From: Planctomyces sp. SH-PL14
GTDB lineage: Bacteria > Planctomycetota > Planctomycetia > Planctomycetales > Planctomycetaceae
DNA length: 64,000 bases
Assembly (NCBI RefSeq): GCF_001610835.1
Contig: NZ_CP011270.1
Span: forward strand, 7,871,256-7,935,255
Direction: 5' to 3'
A model generated the notes under the pieces. It was not told where the DNA came from. It ran no database searches and saw only the letters and a list, made by a program, of their open reading frames with translations. The position numbers were made by a program, and so were the translations under genes. Numbering within the stretch: position 1 is the first letter of the stretch; each line of letters begins with the position of its first letter. Of the stretch, positions 61,455-64,000 are shown piece after piece.

Positions 61455-63245
61455 TCATCGATACTCGATGTCATCGACGTAAAACGTCATCGGACCGTCC
61501 GGGGTCCCGATCCGCCACAGGAACCCGCTCTTGATCCGCGTCAGCTCCTTCTCGCCCAGGTCGATCGTGTACTGCTTCCACTCCGGCGTGAGCGTTACTT
61601 CGATCTCCCCCTTCGAGCTGTCGTGATACTTCCGCTCAATCCCCAGCAGCCCATACCCGAAGACCACCTTCTCTCCCCCGGACTCCCCCCGCGCCCAGAA
61701 GGTCAGCGCCTCCGCACCCGTCACATCGAACCCGCCCGGCTGCTCCCCCCAGTCATTCGCCGGATGCTGCCAGACCACGCTCCCCCAGCCCCCCTTCTTC
61801 TCGTACGACACCTTCAGGCAGGTCTTCCCGGAGTGCGGGGTCGTCGTCGAACCTTCGTCCATCGAGATCGACCCGGCGTCCCCCATCCAGCCCGACGGGA
61901 TGTACGGCCCCTTCGCGTCGTCCGAGAGGACCGCGAACGGCAACTTCGCCGCCGGAGCCTTGATCAGCGTCTTGGGCCCCTTCACCTGGATCGGCAGCGA
62001 TCCGACCGCCGCCCCTCCGTGGTCGTTGTGCAGGTAGCAGTACAGCCGGTAGATCCCGCCCGACATCGGCGTCTTCACGCGGACGGTCTTCCCGCCGTTT
62101 TCGCGGATGGCATCCGGATACTGCGGCGTCGCCTCCGCCCCGGTCCCCGTGACACCGTAGTTCCCCTGCTCGCTGTAGAGGGCCCAGTGGATCTTGACGT
62201 CCCCCGCGCCGGAACCGACTTTGACCTCGGCCTCGACCGTCTCGCCCGCCTTCACCTGATCGGGACCGGCCAGCTTGAGTGACTCCATCGCGGGGACGGG
62301 ATGCTGCGGAGCCTTGCCCGACCACAGCTCCTGCATCGTGTCGACCGCCGCCAGCCGGTCGCCGTCGGGAAGGAACATCCCGAACCAGGTCGCGGTTGCC
62401 TCGATCTTGTGCCCCCAGGTGAAGGCATACGACCCGAGGCACAGCTCCGGCGCCCCGGTGACCGACTTCTCGTAGATCTCCCGATACGACTTCGCCTTGG
62501 CGGTGCTGGTCTGCTCGCTCGGGGCACCGAAGGCGTTGAGGGGAATCTCCCACGTCCCCGGCGGACCGAACTCCGTGATGATGTACGGCTTGGTCCCCCT
62601 GGCCTCGCGATACCGCTTCGCCAGCGACGGCCCGCCGCCGTACGTGTTGACGCCGATGATGTCGATGTCCGGGCAGAGCTCGTGGATCTGCTGCACCTTG
62701 TCCTTGCCGAGCTCCGCAATGACGGTCATGGTTGGGTGGTTCGGATCGATCTCATGGACCGCCCGGGCAATCTCCTGAATCGCCCGCCAGACCTCCGGCC
62801 CCTCGTTGTTGACCTCCATCTCGTTCCCGATCCCCCACACCAGGACCGCCGGATGATCCTTGTACGTCCGCACCGCCTGGCGGGCGTCTTCGAGCTGCTT
62901 CGCGACCGCCTGGGCGTTCGTGTAGTCGAACCCGTGCTCCTTGTGCCCCAGCCAGATCCCGACCGAAACGGTCAGCCCGAGCTTACGGGCCTCGTCCAGC
63001 TCCGCCGCGGTCTCGGCCCCGACGCCCCAGGTACGGAACGAGTTGCCGTCGCACTCCCGGAGGACCAACTTCGACCCCCCTCCTCCGCCCCCCTTGATGA
63101 AGTACGGCTGCCCGTCCCGCATCAGTTGCCAGCGGCCGTCCCGCTGGACGAGCGATGTCCTGATCGCCTGGGCGTGAAGGGACTGAGGGGCGAGGAACGG
63201 AGACGCGACGAGAAGGGCGAGGGATGCGAGAGCGAATCGCAACAT
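61455..63245 (-). CDS. Secreted clan GH-A (TIM-barrel) glycoside hydrolase with C-terminal beta-sandwich domains
   Basis: Start at the internal ATG giving signal peptide MLRFALASLALLVASPFLAPQSLHA. ...VWGIGNEMEV... (acid/base NE) and ...YIITEFGPPG... (nucleophile TEF) are typical of clan GH-A. The upstream 103 codons of the ORF overlap repeat copy I and are judged non-coding. Confidence 0.7.
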   Translation of the reverse strand: MLRFALASLALLVASPFLAPQSLHAQAIRTSLVQRDGRWQLMRDGQPYFIKGGGGGGSKLVLRECDGNSFRTWGVGAETAAELDEARKLGLTVSVGIWLGHKEHGFDYTNAQAVAKQLEDARQAVRTYKDHPAVLVWGIGNEMEVNNEGPEVWRAIQEIARAVHEIDPNHPTMTVIAELGKDKVQQIHELCPDIDIIGVNTYGGGPSLAKRYREARGTKPYIITEFGPPGTWEIPLNAFGAPSEQTSTAKAKSYREIYEKSVTGAPELCLGSYAFTWGHKIEATATWFGMFLPDGDRLAAVDTMQELWSGKAPQHPVPAMESLKLAGPDQVKAGETVEAEVKVGSGAGDVKIHWALYSEQGNYGVTGTGAEATPQYPDAIRENGGKTVRVKTPMSGGIYRLYCYLHNDHGGAAVGSLPIQVKGPKTLIKAPAAKLPFAVLSDDAKGPYIPSGWMGDAGSISMDEGSTTTPHSGKTCLKVSYEKKGGWGSVVWQHPANDWGEQPGGFDVTGAEALTFWARGESGGEKVVFGYGLLGIERKYHDSSKGEIEVTLTPEWKQYTIDLGEKELTRIKSGFLWRIGTPDGPMTFYVDDIEYR

Positions 63246-63422
63246 GAGGGGCTGATCCGGGAAGTGGGTTCGACGGTTGTCGGCGATGAGTCGTCGGTTG
63301 CCGCCAGAACGGCGGGCGATGGGAAACGTTAACCGGAACTCAAGGTCGCTCTCTACACCGCGGATCGGCGGAGGATGTGCGTCCGAATCCGGTTCGAATT
63401 TGCGAGTGACTCTCATTCGGCG

Positions 63423-63586
63423 AGGACTGATCCCGGGTCCAGGGCAGGGGCCCTGGTGGGGGGTGCAGGGGGGGCAGCCCCCCCTGCCCGCCGGAGGCCG
63501 ACCGTCGAGAACCGTTGAGAACGGGTTGTGTCCAGACGCGGCACGGCATCGCATGCCCCCTAACCTCTTTCGAGGGGCTGCGGTGA
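63423..63586 (-). repeat. Dispersed repeat copy I (right half + conserved extension), inverted
   Basis: CCGGGTCCAGGGCAGGGGCCCTGGTGGGGGGTGCAGGGGGGGCAGCCCCCCTGCCCGCCGGAGGCCGACCGTCGAGAACCGTTGAGAACGGGTTGTGTCCAGACGCGGCACGGCATCGCATGCCCCCTAACCTCTTTCGAGGGGCTGCGG matches copy D. Confidence 0.75.
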
Positions 63587-63650
63587 CGAGTGGCGAGCAG
63601 GGGGTCCGTCGACGGAGCGTCTCTGTCGGGTCCGGTCGGAGGCGGCGGTG

Positions 63651-63680
63651 CGCGAAAAAATCGCCCCATTGTCAGGTGTC
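63651..63680 (+). repeat. 27-30-bp direct repeat CGCGAAAAAATCGCCCCATTGTCAGGTGTC (copy 1 of 2, 149 bp apart)
   Basis: A second copy CGCGAAAAAATCGCTCCATTGTCAGGTCC lies at 63800-63826. The flanking sequence is not repeated. Confidence 0.5.
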
Positions 63681-63799
63681 CGTTTCCGGCGGTCCGATCC
63701 CTCGGACTCGGGGCGCACGCTTCCCGCCTCCCTTGGCACTTCGGGAACGCGGTGTCGGACGCCCTTCTATCGGCACACGCCGGGTTCCGCCGGCTCGGA

Positions 63800-63826
63800 C
63801 GCGAAAAAATCGCTCCATTGTCAGGT
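63800..63826 (+). repeat. Direct repeat copy 2 (CGCGAAAAAATCGCTCCATTGTCAGGTCC)
   Basis: See 63651-63680. Confidence 0.5.
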
Positions 63827-64000
63827 CCACCATCCGCGGAACGGGGCGGGGATCTCGTCGCCCCCCCTCAATCGGTACAAGAGGGTCCGGGGCTGACATT
63901 CCGACCGGCCAAGGAGAGCGACCGGCTCTCCTGTCAGCGGATCTCCCCTTCGCAAAATGGTGCCGGAACGCCCGAATCACCGTGATCTGGCTGCGTGACC

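Noticed and set aside
1-64000. CRISPR arrays
   Set aside because: All repeated sequences found are either long palindromic MITE-like modules, 9-mer iterons, or single pairs of direct repeats. No regularly spaced short direct repeats with unique spacers.

Overview
This is a 64-kb, very GC-rich chromosomal window, probably from a Planctomycetes-type genome: a DUF1559 'H-X9-DG' prepilin-like gene is present and long Arg/Pro/Gly-rich shadow ORFs occur on both strands.

Left third (1-13.5 kb), housekeeping genes:
- the 3' part of mreB
- an ABC-2-type transporter operon (ATPase, large permease, membrane protein)
- leuA, preceded by a promoter-like TTGACA-N17-ATAATT, a 19-codon Leu-rich ORF and a perfect hairpin plus T-run terminator (candidate attenuator)
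- an FGE/SUMF1-family protein
- a divergent YceI/MarR pair

13.57-13.86 kb: a tRNA-Gly/Ser/Val cluster. The 3' end of tRNA-Val is the attachment site of a ~16-kb integrated island (13.86-29.9 kb) that is closed by a 15-bp direct repeat. The island carries:
- a tyrosine integrase overlapping the tRNA
- an AlpA-like excisionase
- a primase/replication-like gene next to iteron-like 9-mer repeats
- a tape-measure-like gene
- tandem paralog families with pseudogenised copies
- a lower-GC module encoding a diadenylate-cyclase (DAC)-domain protein split by a single in-frame TAA, next to an N-terminal HNH-nuclease-domain protein. This pair is the most novel-looking candidate (nucleotide-signalling / defence-like).

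Right of the island:
- a second tRNA cluster (Asp, Tyr, Ser, Arg, Cys, one CAG tRNA-like), several members of which look non-canonical by eye
- an SPFH protein and a frameshifted GyrB-like GHKL ATPase
- a kaiC + hybrid histidine kinase operon
- VOC/PhnB/PNPOx-type stress genes, an ankyrin protein and an NPP/AlkP-family enzyme
- tRNA-Pro
- a DUF1559 gene, a SAM methyltransferase and two clan GH-A glycoside hydrolases (one GH5 with duplicated N-terminal modules)

A modular GC-rich palindromic dispersed repeat (MITE/REP-like) occurs in at least 9 intergenic copies: 2 full ~270-bp copies and 7 partial ones. No CRISPR array, rRNA or obvious riboswitch was seen. Coordinates of non-ORF features were counted by eye from the sequence lines and may be off by 1-2 nt.
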